A DNA stretch of 64,000 bases from Bdellovibrionales bacterium (GTDB lineage Bacteria > Bdellovibrionota > Bdellovibrionia > Bdellovibrionales > UBA1609): the NCBI GenBank assembly GCA_965205945.1, contig CBDBIB010000003.1, forward strand, positions 320,001 through 384,000, in the 5' to 3' direction. The position numbers and the translations under genes were made by a program. Below the pieces are notes generated by a model. It worked only from the letters and a program-made list of their open reading frames with translations, was not told the origin of the DNA and did no database searches. Below are positions 9,710-19,547 of this stretch, in pieces. Position 1 is the stretch's first letter. Each line of letters begins with the position of its first letter.

Positions 9710-10591
9710 ATGGTTGTATTTAAATATGTTGTATTATTCTTATTATTTTTAAAGCCTTGTTTTGCAGATCAAACGTATAAAAATAAAGTTTTTAAGTTTA
9801 ATAAGAATTACCAAAAATCACAATCTTTAGATGATGTGCGTGGAAAAGAATTAACAACAGCCATGATTGAAGAAAGCTATATTGAAAAAAGAAAACTTTC
9901 TGTATCAGAGGTAAATAGGCCTTACAAAAGTAGATACTATTTTAGTTTGGGTATTTATCACAATATTTTATATTCAGACAATCAAGGTGCAGGAAGTAAA
10001 GCTGAGTGGGTTTCTAAAGAAAATTTTAATTTTGAAACTCAATATCAATTTAATATAAAAGACTTTTGGCTAGGGGTAAAAGCCTCTTATCACATTCAAG
10101 ACTATGAAAAGGAAGTGAATTCACAAGTTACATGGAATGAGAAAACACCAGATCTTTTTAAATTATCTTTAGTTTCAGATTATGAAAAAGAAAGATGGGG
10201 TTTAGGTTTTGACCTTGATTTTAATCAAGTGCCGTTTATTTATTATGAAAACTTTTTTAATATTGAGTTGAAAAGTGTACTTATCGTAAATGTTTCATTG
10301 CGAGCACAATATAAGTGGCTTAAAAATCAAAACTGGTCGTCTAGAGCTGGACTAGGTTTTAACAATCTTATTTTAGGTTTTAACAATCTTATTTTAAGTT
10401 TCGATAGTGATTTGAAACAAGGTGCTGAATATCTAGTTTTTATAGACCTAATGAGAGAAAAAAAACATTGGGGATACGGTTTAAATGTTAAATTGTATTA
10501 TGGTTTTAATCAATATAAAAGCAACCAAAAGAGTCAAAAAGAAAATATTGCAGGATTTTTATTCTCCTTAGAATCTTTAAACTGGTTGTAG
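9710..10591 (+). CDS. predicted outer-membrane beta-barrel protein
   Basis: Signal peptide (..LKPCFA|DQ). About ten or more amphipathic strands with aromatic ends (RYYFSLGIY, FWLGVKASY, WGLGFDLDF, VSLRAQYKW, LNVKLYYGF, AGFLFSL). AAGGAG RBS. Confidence 0.7.
   Translation: MVVFKYVVLFLLFLKPCFADQTYKNKVFKFNKNYQKSQSLDDVRGKELTTAMIEESYIEKRKLSVSEVNRPYKSRYYFSLGIYHNILYSDNQGAGSKAEWVSKENFNFETQYQFNIKDFWLGVKASYHIQDYEKEVNSQVTWNEKTPDLFKLSLVSDYEKERWGLGFDLDFNQVPFIYYENFFNIELKSVLIVNVSLRAQYKWLKNQNWSSRAGLGFNNLILGFNNLILSFDSDLKQGAEYLVFIDLMREKKHWGYGLNVKLYYGFNQYKSNQKSQKENIAGFLFSLESLNWL
10355..10396 (+). repeat. exact 21-nt in-frame tandem duplication (GFNNLIL x2)
   Basis: ggttttaacaatcttatttta occurs twice, head to tail. 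Confidence 0.95.
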
Positions 10592-10617
10592 GTTAAAAGT
10601 TTATGTAGGGGGGGAGT

Positions 10618-13600
10618 ATGAAGACAGCAAGTATAATTTTAATAACCATTGGATTAATATTAACATTATTAGGATGTGAGCAGAATGTTCTTACTAGTAG
10701 AAACTCTGAAATTGAAAATGATTTTGACAATGATAAGGAAGTTAGTCTTTCTTTTAGCTCGTCTCTTTCTAGTATCACATCAAAAAACTCACAAGCTTAT
10801 CCTTTAAATGGTACATGTAATTTTGTTGCTGGGAGCGTAACTGTTGTTATAGGAACTCCTGATGTCATAGAAACTTTTCCATGTAATTTAAATAACAGTT
10901 TTTCAGGTGTAATGGATGTAAGTATTGTGAATTTAAATCCTCCCAGCGTTTCTGCAACTCAGGGAGAGTTAACAGTCTCAGCTGACGTAGTGCCTGTAAA
11001 TGATCAAACTGGTCCAGGGACTGCTCCAACCGCAACTCCTCCAGGAAGTTATGTTGGTAGAAGTAATTATAACCTTCTTATTTCTTGTAGTGAAGCTGGA
11101 GAAATTATAAGTATCGCTGGAGATGGTATTGATCCAAGCCCACAAACTTATACTTGTACGGGTAGTGGGGGAGAAGATTTTCCTTTAAGGTTAGCAGATT
11201 TAAAGCTAACTAATGATCCCAATAATTTAATAGTTTCATCAACTGATGCATATGAAAACCCATCAGCTGGAACAACAATAGTAAATGTTCCAATAGATAC
11301 TATACCACCTGTCGTAGAGGTACAAGAAGGTGCCAATATAATTCAAGGGCAAGCAGCAAACTTTACTATTACAATTACTGATCCAAATATTTCAACATAT
11401 AATTATACTGTAAACACGTCTGGTGTAGAAAGCTTGCCCTATAATTGTACTCAAAACCCATGTCAAATAACGACAGGAATAATTTCCTCAACAGGTCAGC
11501 TAACGTTAACTGTGGCAGCTGGAGCTGTACAAGATCTTGCTGGTAACAATAGTACTCAAGGGTCAGGAAGTCTTACAGTGCGTGCTGCAGGAGTCTTAAG
11601 CTTTAATAATCCACTTGATACAATTAACACTTTAAATTCAAGTTCTTATCCTGTAGCAGGAGTTTGCGATGAAAATTTAGGTAATGTTACAGTAAGAGTG
11701 GGCTCAGGAGTGAGTAAGAGTATTCCATGTAATTCTCCAGGAGAATTTAGTAGCGATATTGATGTAAGTGGTGTGACAGGAGTAGTAAGTGTAACTCAAG
11801 GTGTAAATACAGTTGATGCTATTCCAGCGCCAGTAAATGATCAAACTCCTATTTCTAATGCTCCAACAGTAGCAGGTCAAAATTATACAAATGGAACACA
11901 GGTAGCACTAGATGTAGCTTGTAATGAAGCCGGAGAGGTAGTGACATTTACAAACCCATCATTAAGTCCAAATCCACAAATGCACACTTGTTTAACTCCA
12001 GGATCTGAAAATGTAACATTTTATTTTGTAGCAGGGCAAGAAACTTTAAATCCAAATAATGTTATAGTAAGTTCTGTAGATGTAAATGGTAACCCAACAA
12101 CAAACCCCACTGAGTTTAACTTCCCAATAGATAATGTAGCACCAATAGTACAGGTGCAAGCAGGTACAGATATAATTCAAGGAGAACGGGCAAATTTTAC
12201 TATTACAGTTACTGAGCCAAATATTTCAACATATAATTATACTGTAAACACGTCTGGTGTAGAAAGCTTGCCCTATAATTGTACTCAAAACCCATGTCAA
12301 ATAACGACAGGAATAATTTCCTCAACAGGTCAGCTAACATTAACTGTGGCAGCTGGAGCTGTACAAGATCTTGCTGGTAACAATAGTACTCAAGGGTCAG
12401 GAAGTCTTACAGTGCGTGTTGCAGGAGCCTTAAGCTTTAATAATCCACTTGATACAATTAACACTTTAAATTCAAATTCTTATCCTGTAGCAGGAGTTTG
12501 CGATGAAAATTTAGGTAATGTTACAGTAAGAGTGGGCTCAGGAGTGAGTAAGAGTATTCCATGTAATTCTCCAGGAGAATTTAGTGGCGATATTGATGTA
12601 AGTGGTGTGACAGGAGTAGTAAGTGTAACTCAAGGTGTAAATACAGTTGATGCTATTCCAGCGCCAGTAAATGATCAAACTCCTATTTCTAATGCTCCAA
12701 CAGTAGCAGGTCAAAATTATACAAATGGAACACAGGTAGCACTAGATGTAGTTTGTAATGAAGCCGGAGAGGTAGTGACATTTACAAACCCATCATTGAG
12801 TCCAAATTCACAAACGTATACTTGTCAAGGTCAGGGGGCTGAAAGCGTAACATTCCTTTTTGCAACAGGGCAGGAAACTTTAAATCTAAACAGTGTTGCA
12901 GTAAGTTCTGTAGATGTAAATGGTAACCCAACAACAAATTCTAATGAGTTTAACTTGCCAATAGATAATGTAGCACCAACAGTCGCTATACAAGAAGGTG
13001 CCAATATAATTCAAGGGCAAGCAGCAAACTTTACTATTACAATTACTGATCCAAATATTTCAACATATAATTATACTGTAAACACGTCTGGTGTAGAAAG
13101 CTTGTCCTATAATTGTACTCAAAATCCATGTCAAATAACGACAGGAATAATTTCCTCAGCAGGTCAGCTAACATTAACTGTGGCAGCTGGAGCTGTACAA
13201 GATGTTGCTGGTAATAATAGTACTCAAGGGTCAGGAAGTCTTACAGTGCGTGCTGCAGGAGCCTTAAGCTTTAATAATCCACTTGATACAATTAACACTT
13301 TAAATTCAAATTCTTATCCTGTAGCAGGAGTTTGCGATGAAAATTTAGGTAATGTTACAGTAAGAGTGGGCTCAGGAGTGAGTAAGAGTATTCCATGTAA
13401 TTCTCCAGGAGAATTTAGTAGCGATATTGATGTAAGTGGTGTGACAGGAGTAGTAAGTGTAACTCAAGGTGTAAATACAGTTGATGCTATTCCAGCGCCA
13501 GTAAATGATCAAACTCCTATTTCTAATGCTCCAACAGTAGCAGGTCAAAATTATACAAATGGAACACAGGTAGCACTAGATGTAGTTTGTAATGAAGCCG

Positions 13601-16600
13601 GAGAGGTAGTGACATTTACAAACCTATCATTGAGTCCAAATTCACAAACGTATACTTGTCAAGGTCAGGGGGCTGAAAGCGTAACATTCCTTTTTGCAAC
13701 AGGGCAGGCAACTTTAAATCCAAATAATGTTACAGTAAGTTCTGTAGATATAAATGGTAACCCAACAACAAATTCTAATGAGTTTAACTTGCCAATAGAT
13801 AATGTAGCACCAATAGTGCAGGTACAAGCAGGTGCAGATATTATAGAAGGAAATAATGCAAATTTTACTATTACAGTTACTGAGCCAAATATTTCAACAT
13901 ATAATTATACTGTAAACACGTCTGGTGTAGAAAGTTTGTCCTATAATTGTACTCAAAATCCATGTCAAATAACGACAGGAATAATTTCCTCAACAGGTCA
14001 GCTAACGTTAACTGTGGCAGCTGGAGCTGTACAAGATGTTGCTGGTAACAATAGTACTCAAGAGTCAGGAAGTCTTACAGTACGTGCTGCAGGAGCCTTA
14101 AGCTTTAATAATCCACTTGATACAATTAACACTTTAAATTCAAATTCTTATCCTGTAGCAGGAGTTTGCGATGAAAATTTAGGTAATGTTACAGTAACAG
14201 TGGGCTCAGGAGTGAGTAAGAGTATTCCATGTAATTCTCCAGGAGAATTTAGTAGCGATATTGATGTAAGTGGTGTGACAGGAGTAGTAAGTGTAACTCA
14301 AGGTGTAAATACAGTTGATGCTATTCCAGCGCCAGTAAATGATCAAACTCCTATTTCTAATGCTCCAACAGTAGCAGATCAAAATTATAAAAATGGAACA
14401 CAGGTAGCACTAGATGTAGCTTGTAATGAAGCCGGAGAGGTAGTGACATTTACAAACTCATCATTGAGTCCAAATTCACAAACGTATACTTGTCAAGGTC
14501 AGGGGGCTGAAAGCGTAACATTCCTTTTTGCAACAGGGCAGGCAACTTTAAATCCAAATAATGTTACAGTAAGTTCTGTAGATATAAATGGTAACCCAAC
14601 AACAAATTCTAATGAGTTTAACTTGCCAATAGATAATGTAGCACCTACAGTCGCTATACAAGAAGGTGCCAATATAATTCAAGGGCAAGCAGCAAACTTT
14701 ACTATTACAATTACTGATCCAAATATTTCAACATATAATTATACTGTAAACACGTCTGGTGTAGAAAGCTTGTCCTATAATTGTACTCAAAATCCATGTC
14801 AAATAACGACAGGAATAATTTCCTCAGCAGGTCAGCTAACATTAACTGTGGCAGCTGGAGCTGTACAAGATGTTGCTGGTAATAATAGTACTCAAGGGTC
14901 AGGAAGTCTTACAGTGCGTGCTGCAGGAGCCTTAAGCTTTAATAATCCACTTGATACAATTAACACTTTAAATTCAAATTCTTATCCTGTAGCAGGAGTT
15001 TGCGATGAAAATTTAGGTAATGTTACAGTAAGAGTGGGCTCAGGAGTGAGTAAGAGTATTCCATGTAATTCTCCAGGAGAATTTAGTAGCGATATTGATG
15101 TAAGTGGTGTGACAGGAGTAGTAAGTGTAACTCAAGGTGTAAATACAGTTGATGCTATTCCAGCGCCAGTAAATGATCAAACTCCTATTTCTAATGCTCC
15201 AACAGTAGCAGATCAAAATTATACAAATGGAACACAGGTAGCACTAGATGTAGCTTGTAATGAAGCCGGAGAGGTAGTGACATTTACAAACCCATCATTG
15301 AGTCCAAATTCACAAACGTATACTTGTCAAGGTCAGGGGGCTGAAAGCGTAACATTCCTTTTTGCAACAGGGCAGGCAACTTTAAATCCAAATAATGTTA
15401 CAGTAAGTTCTGTAGATATAAATGGTAACCCAACAACAAATTCTAATGAGTTTAACTTGCCAATAGATAATGTAGCACCTACAGTCGCTATACAAGAAGG
15501 TGCCAATATAATTCAAGGGCAAGCAGCAAACTTTACTATTACAATTACTGATCCAAATATTTCAACATATAATTATACTGTAAACACGTCTGGTGTAGAA
15601 AGCTTGTCCTATAATTGTACTCAAAATCCATGTCAAATAACGACAGGAATAATTTCCTCAGCAGGTCAGCTAACATTAACTGTGGCAGCTGGAGCTGTAC
15701 AAGATGTTGCTGGTAATAATAGTACTCAAGGGTCAGGAAGTCTTACAGTGCGTGCTGCAGGAGCCTTAAGCTTTAATAATCCACTTGATACAATTAACAC
15801 TTTAAATTCAAATTCTTATCCTGTAGCAGGAGTTTGCGATGAAAATTTAGGTAATGTTACAGTAAGAGTGGGCTCAGGAGTGAGTAAGAGTATTCCATGT
15901 AATTCTCCAGGAGAATTTAGTAGCGATATTGATGTAAGTGGTGTGACAGGAGTAGTAAGTGTAACTCAAGGTGTAAATACAGTTGATGCTATTCCAGCGC
16001 CAGTAAATGATCAAACTCCTATTTCTAATGCTCCAACAGTAGCAGGTCAAAATTATACAAATGGAACACAGGTAGCACTAGATGTAGTTTGTAATGAAGC
16101 CGGAGAGGTAGTGACATTTACAAACCCATCATTGAGTCCAAATTCACAAACGTATACTTGTCAAGGTCAGGGGGCTGAAAGCGTAACATTCCTTTTTGCA
16201 ACAGGGCAGGCAACTTTAAATCCAAATAATGTTACAGTAAGTTCTGTAGATATAAATGGTAACCCAACAACAAATTCTAATGAGTTTAACTTGCCAATAG
16301 ATAATGTAGCACCAATAGTGCAGGTACAAGCAGGTGCAGATATTATAGAAGGAAATAATGCAAATTTTACTATTACAGTTACTGAGCCAAATATTTCAAC
16401 ATATAATTATACTGTAAACACGTCTGGTGTAGAAAGTTTGTCCTATAATTGTACTCAAAATCCATGTCAAATAACGACAGGAATAATTTCCTCAACAGGT
16501 CAGCTAACGTTAACTGTGGCAGCTGGAGCTGTACAAGATGTTGCTGGTAACAATAGTACTCAAGAGTCAGGAAGTCTTACAGTACGTGCTGCAGGAGCCT

Positions 16601-18876
16601 TAAGCTTTAATAATCCACTTGATACAATTAACACTTTAAATTCAAATTCTTATCCTGTAGCAGGAGTTTGCGATGAAAATTTAGGTAATGTTACAGTAAC
16701 AGTGGGCTCAGGAGTGAGTAAGAGTATTCCATGTAATTCTCCAGGAGAATTTAGTAGCGATATTGATGTAAGTGGTGTGACAGGAGTAGTAAGTGTAACT
16801 CAAGGTGTAAATACAGTTGATGCTATTCCAGCGCCAGTAAATGATCAAACTCCTATTTCTAATGCTCCAACAGTAGCAGATCAAAATTATAAAAATGGAA
16901 CACAGGTAGCACTAGATGTAGCTTGTAATGAAGCCGGAGAGGTAGTGACATTTACAAACTCATCATTGAGTCCAAATTCACAAACGTATACTTGTCAAGG
17001 TCAGGGGGCTGAAAGCGTAACATTCCTTTTTGCAACAGGGCAGGAAACTTTAAATCCAAATAATGTTACAGTAAGTTCTGTAGATGTAAATGGTAACCCA
17101 ACAACAAATTCGACTGGATTTAACTTACCAATAGATAATGTAGCACCAACAGTGCAGGTACAAGCAGGTGCAGATATTATAGAAGGAAATAATGCAAGCT
17201 TTACAGTGAGCGTAACTGATGGAACTAGTTTTGTAGCATTTACACCTACACCAAGCTCAGGAACGATAAGCTCAGGTGCTTGTTCTCTAAGTTCATGTAC
17301 AGTAACTGTGACTGGAGCAAGTGTAGGAACATTAAGTTTAGAGGTACCTGCGGGTACGGTGACAGATGTAGCAGGAAACTTAAATGCATCACCTCAAACT
17401 GATAGTTTATTGGTTAGTGCTCCACAAATAACAGGGGTTCAAATATCATCAAATGATGGAGATTCTGATACATGGTATGAAACTTCAGATTCAATTTCTA
17501 TTCAAGTACAGTATGATGCTAATGTTACAGTAGATATTGCCGGTGGCACACCAACCATCTTGGTTGCCTTATCTAGTGGGACTAAAACAGCAACATATTC
17601 TACAGGCTCGGGCTCTCAGAATTTAGAGTTTACGATGTCTATTCTAGCTAATGATTATCAATGCAATGGGACTTTAGATTTAGGCGGAATAAGTTTAAAC
17701 GGTGGTACAATTAAAGGTGAGGTAGACGGAACTGCTAACAATTCGGGTTTACCGTCTTCTGTAGCTGGAGCAAAGATAGATGCTAAAAATCCTACAGCTC
17801 CGAGTACTCTTAACGCTGATTTGGATGCGTTTAATAATCTGTCGAGTAGTTTATCTTGGACTCAAGGCACTGATGAATGTGGACTTTCAAACATTGAATA
17901 TGGTTTTGGAACTAGTTCAGGAGGCTTGGATATTCAAAGTTATATAGATATAGGTTTGGTAGAAACCTACCAAGCAGAAAAGAATGTAGGTTCAGCTTCT
18001 TCATTTAACTTAATTGCAAATATTGATTACTATACATCAATTAGATCTGTAGATAATGCTGGAAATATATCGTCAACAGCGACTAGTTTAGCATGGAATT
18101 TTACTTGTTCAGATCCATGGGCTGGTATAAGTAGATTTATTGCTCTAGATAGTTCGAATAAAGCCTCTATTATTGATGGGAGTGGTGTAAGTGCTGAAGA
18201 TTCTAGCTTTGATGGTTTTGTTCAGACCTGGCAAGATCAAAGTGGGAATAACAATCATTTAGAAGCATCTTCCTCTCAAGCAAGGCCAAGTTATGGTTTT
18301 GATAACAGTTCAACTTCAAATTTAGAATCATATGTTCAAGGTGATGGAGTGGGTGATATACTAAGTAAAAATATTACCGACTATGCTTCAGATTTTATAT
18401 TTTATTATATATTAAAGCCTTTAACTCTACCAGTTGATTCTACTGAGTTTCAAAGTTATTTTAGTAATGCTGATAGCAATAACAGTACTGGTGGTTTTCA
18501 GCTAGATCTTGGTGGAACAGCGAGAGGATGTGACGGAAAATTTAGAATACTTATAAAAGATATAGCGAGTGATCCTCCGTTGCCTATTTGTGGTCCTGAT
18601 TATGATAACAATCAACATGTGTTTGTTGTTAAATATAGTGAGGATGCTAGTGGCGTTAAAACAATGTCTTTTTCTGCAGATGGATCAGAAGCTAATTCTA
18701 TAATTTTATCTAATCCTGCAACTTTTAGGTTGTTAAAGTTGTTTGCGAATAGATCAGGCAATAAGCTTCAACAAGCTCAGGTGTTAGAGTTAAATATGAT
18801 AAATGGCGCTATAACTGAGGCTCAACAAGAGGTAATAGAGGACTATTTAGTGTGTAAGTGGAATGTGAGCTTATAA
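10618..18876 (+). CDS. giant repetitive surface lipoprotein/adhesin (Ig-like repeats, FN3-like, LamG-like tip)
   Basis: Lipobox LTLLGC, seven 278-aa repeats, and a C-terminal part homologous to 6934-9348. Confidence 0.85.
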   Translation: MKTASIILITIGLILTLLGCEQNVLTSRNSEIENDFDNDKEVSLSFSSSLSSITSKNSQAYPLNGTCNFVAGSVTVVIGTPDVIETFPCNLNNSFSGVMDVSIVNLNPPSVSATQGELTVSADVVPVNDQTGPGTAPTATPPGSYVGRSNYNLLISCSEAGEIISIAGDGIDPSPQTYTCTGSGGEDFPLRLADLKLTNDPNNLIVSSTDAYENPSAGTTIVNVPIDTIPPVVEVQEGANIIQGQAANFTITITDPNISTYNYTVNTSGVESLPYNCTQNPCQITTGIISSTGQLTLTVAAGAVQDLAGNNSTQGSGSLTVRAAGVLSFNNPLDTINTLNSSSYPVAGVCDENLGNVTVRVGSGVSKSIPCNSPGEFSSDIDVSGVTGVVSVTQGVNTVDAIPAPVNDQTPISNAPTVAGQNYTNGTQVALDVACNEAGEVVTFTNPSLSPNPQMHTCLTPGSENVTFYFVAGQETLNPNNVIVSSVDVNGNPTTNPTEFNFPIDNVAPIVQVQAGTDIIQGERANFTITVTEPNISTYNYTVNTSGVESLPYNCTQNPCQITTGIISSTGQLTLTVAAGAVQDLAGNNSTQGSGSLTVRVAGALSFNNPLDTINTLNSNSYPVAGVCDENLGNVTVRVGSGVSKSIPCNSPGEFSGDIDVSGVTGVVSVTQGVNTVDAIPAPVNDQTPISNAPTVAGQNYTNGTQVALDVVCNEAGEVVTFTNPSLSPNSQTYTCQGQGAESVTFLFATGQETLNLNSVAVSSVDVNGNPTTNSNEFNLPIDNVAPTVAIQEGANIIQGQAANFTITITDPNISTYNYTVNTSGVESLSYNCTQNPCQITTGIISSAGQLTLTVAAGAVQDVAGNNSTQGSGSLTVRAAGALSFNNPLDTINTLNSNSYPVAGVCDENLGNVTVRVGSGVSKSIPCNSPGEFSSDIDVSGVTGVVSVTQGVNTVDAIPAPVNDQTPISNAPTVAGQNYTNGTQVALDVVCNEAGEVVTFTNLSLSPNSQTYTCQGQGAESVTFLFATGQATLNPNNVTVSSVDINGNPTTNSNEFNLPIDNVAPIVQVQAGADIIEGNNANFTITVTEPNISTYNYTVNTSGVESLSYNCTQNPCQITTGIISSTGQLTLTVAAGAVQDVAGNNSTQESGSLTVRAAGALSFNNPLDTINTLNSNSYPVAGVCDENLGNVTVTVGSGVSKSIPCNSPGEFSSDIDVSGVTGVVSVTQGVNTVDAIPAPVNDQTPISNAPTVADQNYKNGTQVALDVACNEAGEVVTFTNSSLSPNSQTYTCQGQGAESVTFLFATGQATLNPNNVTVSSVDINGNPTTNSNEFNLPIDNVAPTVAIQEGANIIQGQAANFTITITDPNISTYNYTVNTSGVESLSYNCTQNPCQITTGIISSAGQLTLTVAAGAVQDVAGNNSTQGSGSLTVRAAGALSFNNPLDTINTLNSNSYPVAGVCDENLGNVTVRVGSGVSKSIPCNSPGEFSSDIDVSGVTGVVSVTQGVNTVDAIPAPVNDQTPISNAPTVADQNYTNGTQVALDVACNEAGEVVTFTNPSLSPNSQTYTCQGQGAESVTFLFATGQATLNPNNVTVSSVDINGNPTTNSNEFNLPIDNVAPTVAIQEGANIIQGQAANFTITITDPNISTYNYTVNTSGVESLSYNCTQNPCQITTGIISSAGQLTLTVAAGAVQDVAGNNSTQGSGSLTVRAAGALSFNNPLDTINTLNSNSYPVAGVCDENLGNVTVRVGSGVSKSIPCNSPGEFSSDIDVSGVTGVVSVTQGVNTVDAIPAPVNDQTPISNAPTVAGQNYTNGTQVALDVVCNEAGEVVTFTNPSLSPNSQTYTCQGQGAESVTFLFATGQATLNPNNVTVSSVDINGNPTTNSNEFNLPIDNVAPIVQVQAGADIIEGNNANFTITVTEPNISTYNYTVNTSGVESLSYNCTQNPCQITTGIISSTGQLTLTVAAGAVQDVAGNNSTQESGSLTVRAAGALSFNNPLDTINTLNSNSYPVAGVCDENLGNVTVTVGSGVSKSIPCNSPGEFSSDIDVSGVTGVVSVTQGVNTVDAIPAPVNDQTPISNAPTVADQNYKNGTQVALDVACNEAGEVVTFTNSSLSPNSQTYTCQGQGAESVTFLFATGQETLNPNNVTVSSVDVNGNPTTNSTGFNLPIDNVAPTVQVQAGADIIEGNNASFTVSVTDGTSFVAFTPTPSSGTISSGACSLSSCTVTVTGASVGTLSLEVPAGTVTDVAGNLNASPQTDSLLVSAPQITGVQISSNDGDSDTWYETSDSISIQVQYDANVTVDIAGGTPTILVALSSGTKTATYSTGSGSQNLEFTMSILANDYQCNGTLDLGGISLNGGTIKGEVDGTANNSGLPSSVAGAKIDAKNPTAPSTLNADLDAFNNLSSSLSWTQGTDECGLSNIEYGFGTSSGGLDIQSYIDIGLVETYQAEKNVGSASSFNLIANIDYYTSIRSVDNAGNISSTATSLAWNFTCSDPWAGISRFIALDSSNKASIIDGSGVSAEDSSFDGFVQTWQDQSGNNNHLEASSSQARPSYGFDNSSTSNLESYVQGDGVGDILSKNITDYASDFIFYYILKPLTLPVDSTEFQSYFSNADSNNSTGGFQLDLGGTARGCDGKFRILIKDIASDPPLPICGPDYDNNQHVFVVKYSEDASGVKTMSFSADGSEANSIILSNPATFRLLKLFANRSGNKLQQAQVLELNMINGAITEAQQEVIEDYLVCKWNVSL
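11323..17160 (+). repeat. seven intragenic tandem repeats of 834 nt (278 aa)
   Basis: gatcaaactcctatttctaatgctcc recurs at 11839, 12673, 13507, 14341, 15175, 16009 and 16843, a period of exactly 834. Confidence 0.97.
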
Positions 18877-19005
18877 ATTACTATTTATCCTAAACTAACC
18901 CTCTTTTTTAAATATATCATCTTTAATTTGATAAAATCCTAGAGGAGTAAAAAACGTTTAGGATGTCTAGGTTTTATTAGAAGTGAAAAGATGTGTTTTT
19001 TTTAA

Positions 19006-19037
19006 CTTAGAATTGATTTTTAAAAATCAATTCTAAG
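19006..19037. repeat. perfect 32-bp palindrome, possible terminator or protein-binding site
   Basis: cttagaattgattttt|aaaaatcaattctaag, about 130 nt after the giant gene stop. Confidence 0.8.
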
Positions 19038-19547
19038 CTTAAGATTTTCGTTATAAATTCTAGATTTAAACAATTCAAATAGGCCTGATATGGAAATCTT
19101 GTAGTACTTGTTTTGTAATAAGCTGCATAAATTTTAGAGTAGTAAGCCTAGATACAGCACCGTAGTTTTTATTGCTGTAAAAAAGAATGGTGAATTTCTT
19201 ATTTGAGGAAGAAAAACATATGCAGAGGTGTATTTAAATACAATTGGCCATAAGAATTTTATCTTAAATTTATTTAGCGTTTTATAAATAAGAGTTATCT
19301 AAAGCAGTATTTTAATAGATTTTATGATTTAAGGGATTAAATTACTCTTTTTTAAAAAATTAGGGGTAGGTATAGAGTATATTTTTACTTTAGTATAAGG
19401 ACTGTAACTGCTCATGAATTAAAGGGCATAATTTGTTTTCTGCATGACTGCGATCTCTTATAACACACCGAAATAATTAAGGCTTTAAAAAAGCTAGGAT
19501 TTTTTTAGTTTTTTGACTTATATTCCAGAAAAGCTTAGGTATATTGT

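Noticed and set aside
11323..17160. CRISPR array or mobile-element repeats
   Set aside because: Repeats are 834 nt, in frame within one ORF, have no spacers, and no cas or transposase gene is in the window.
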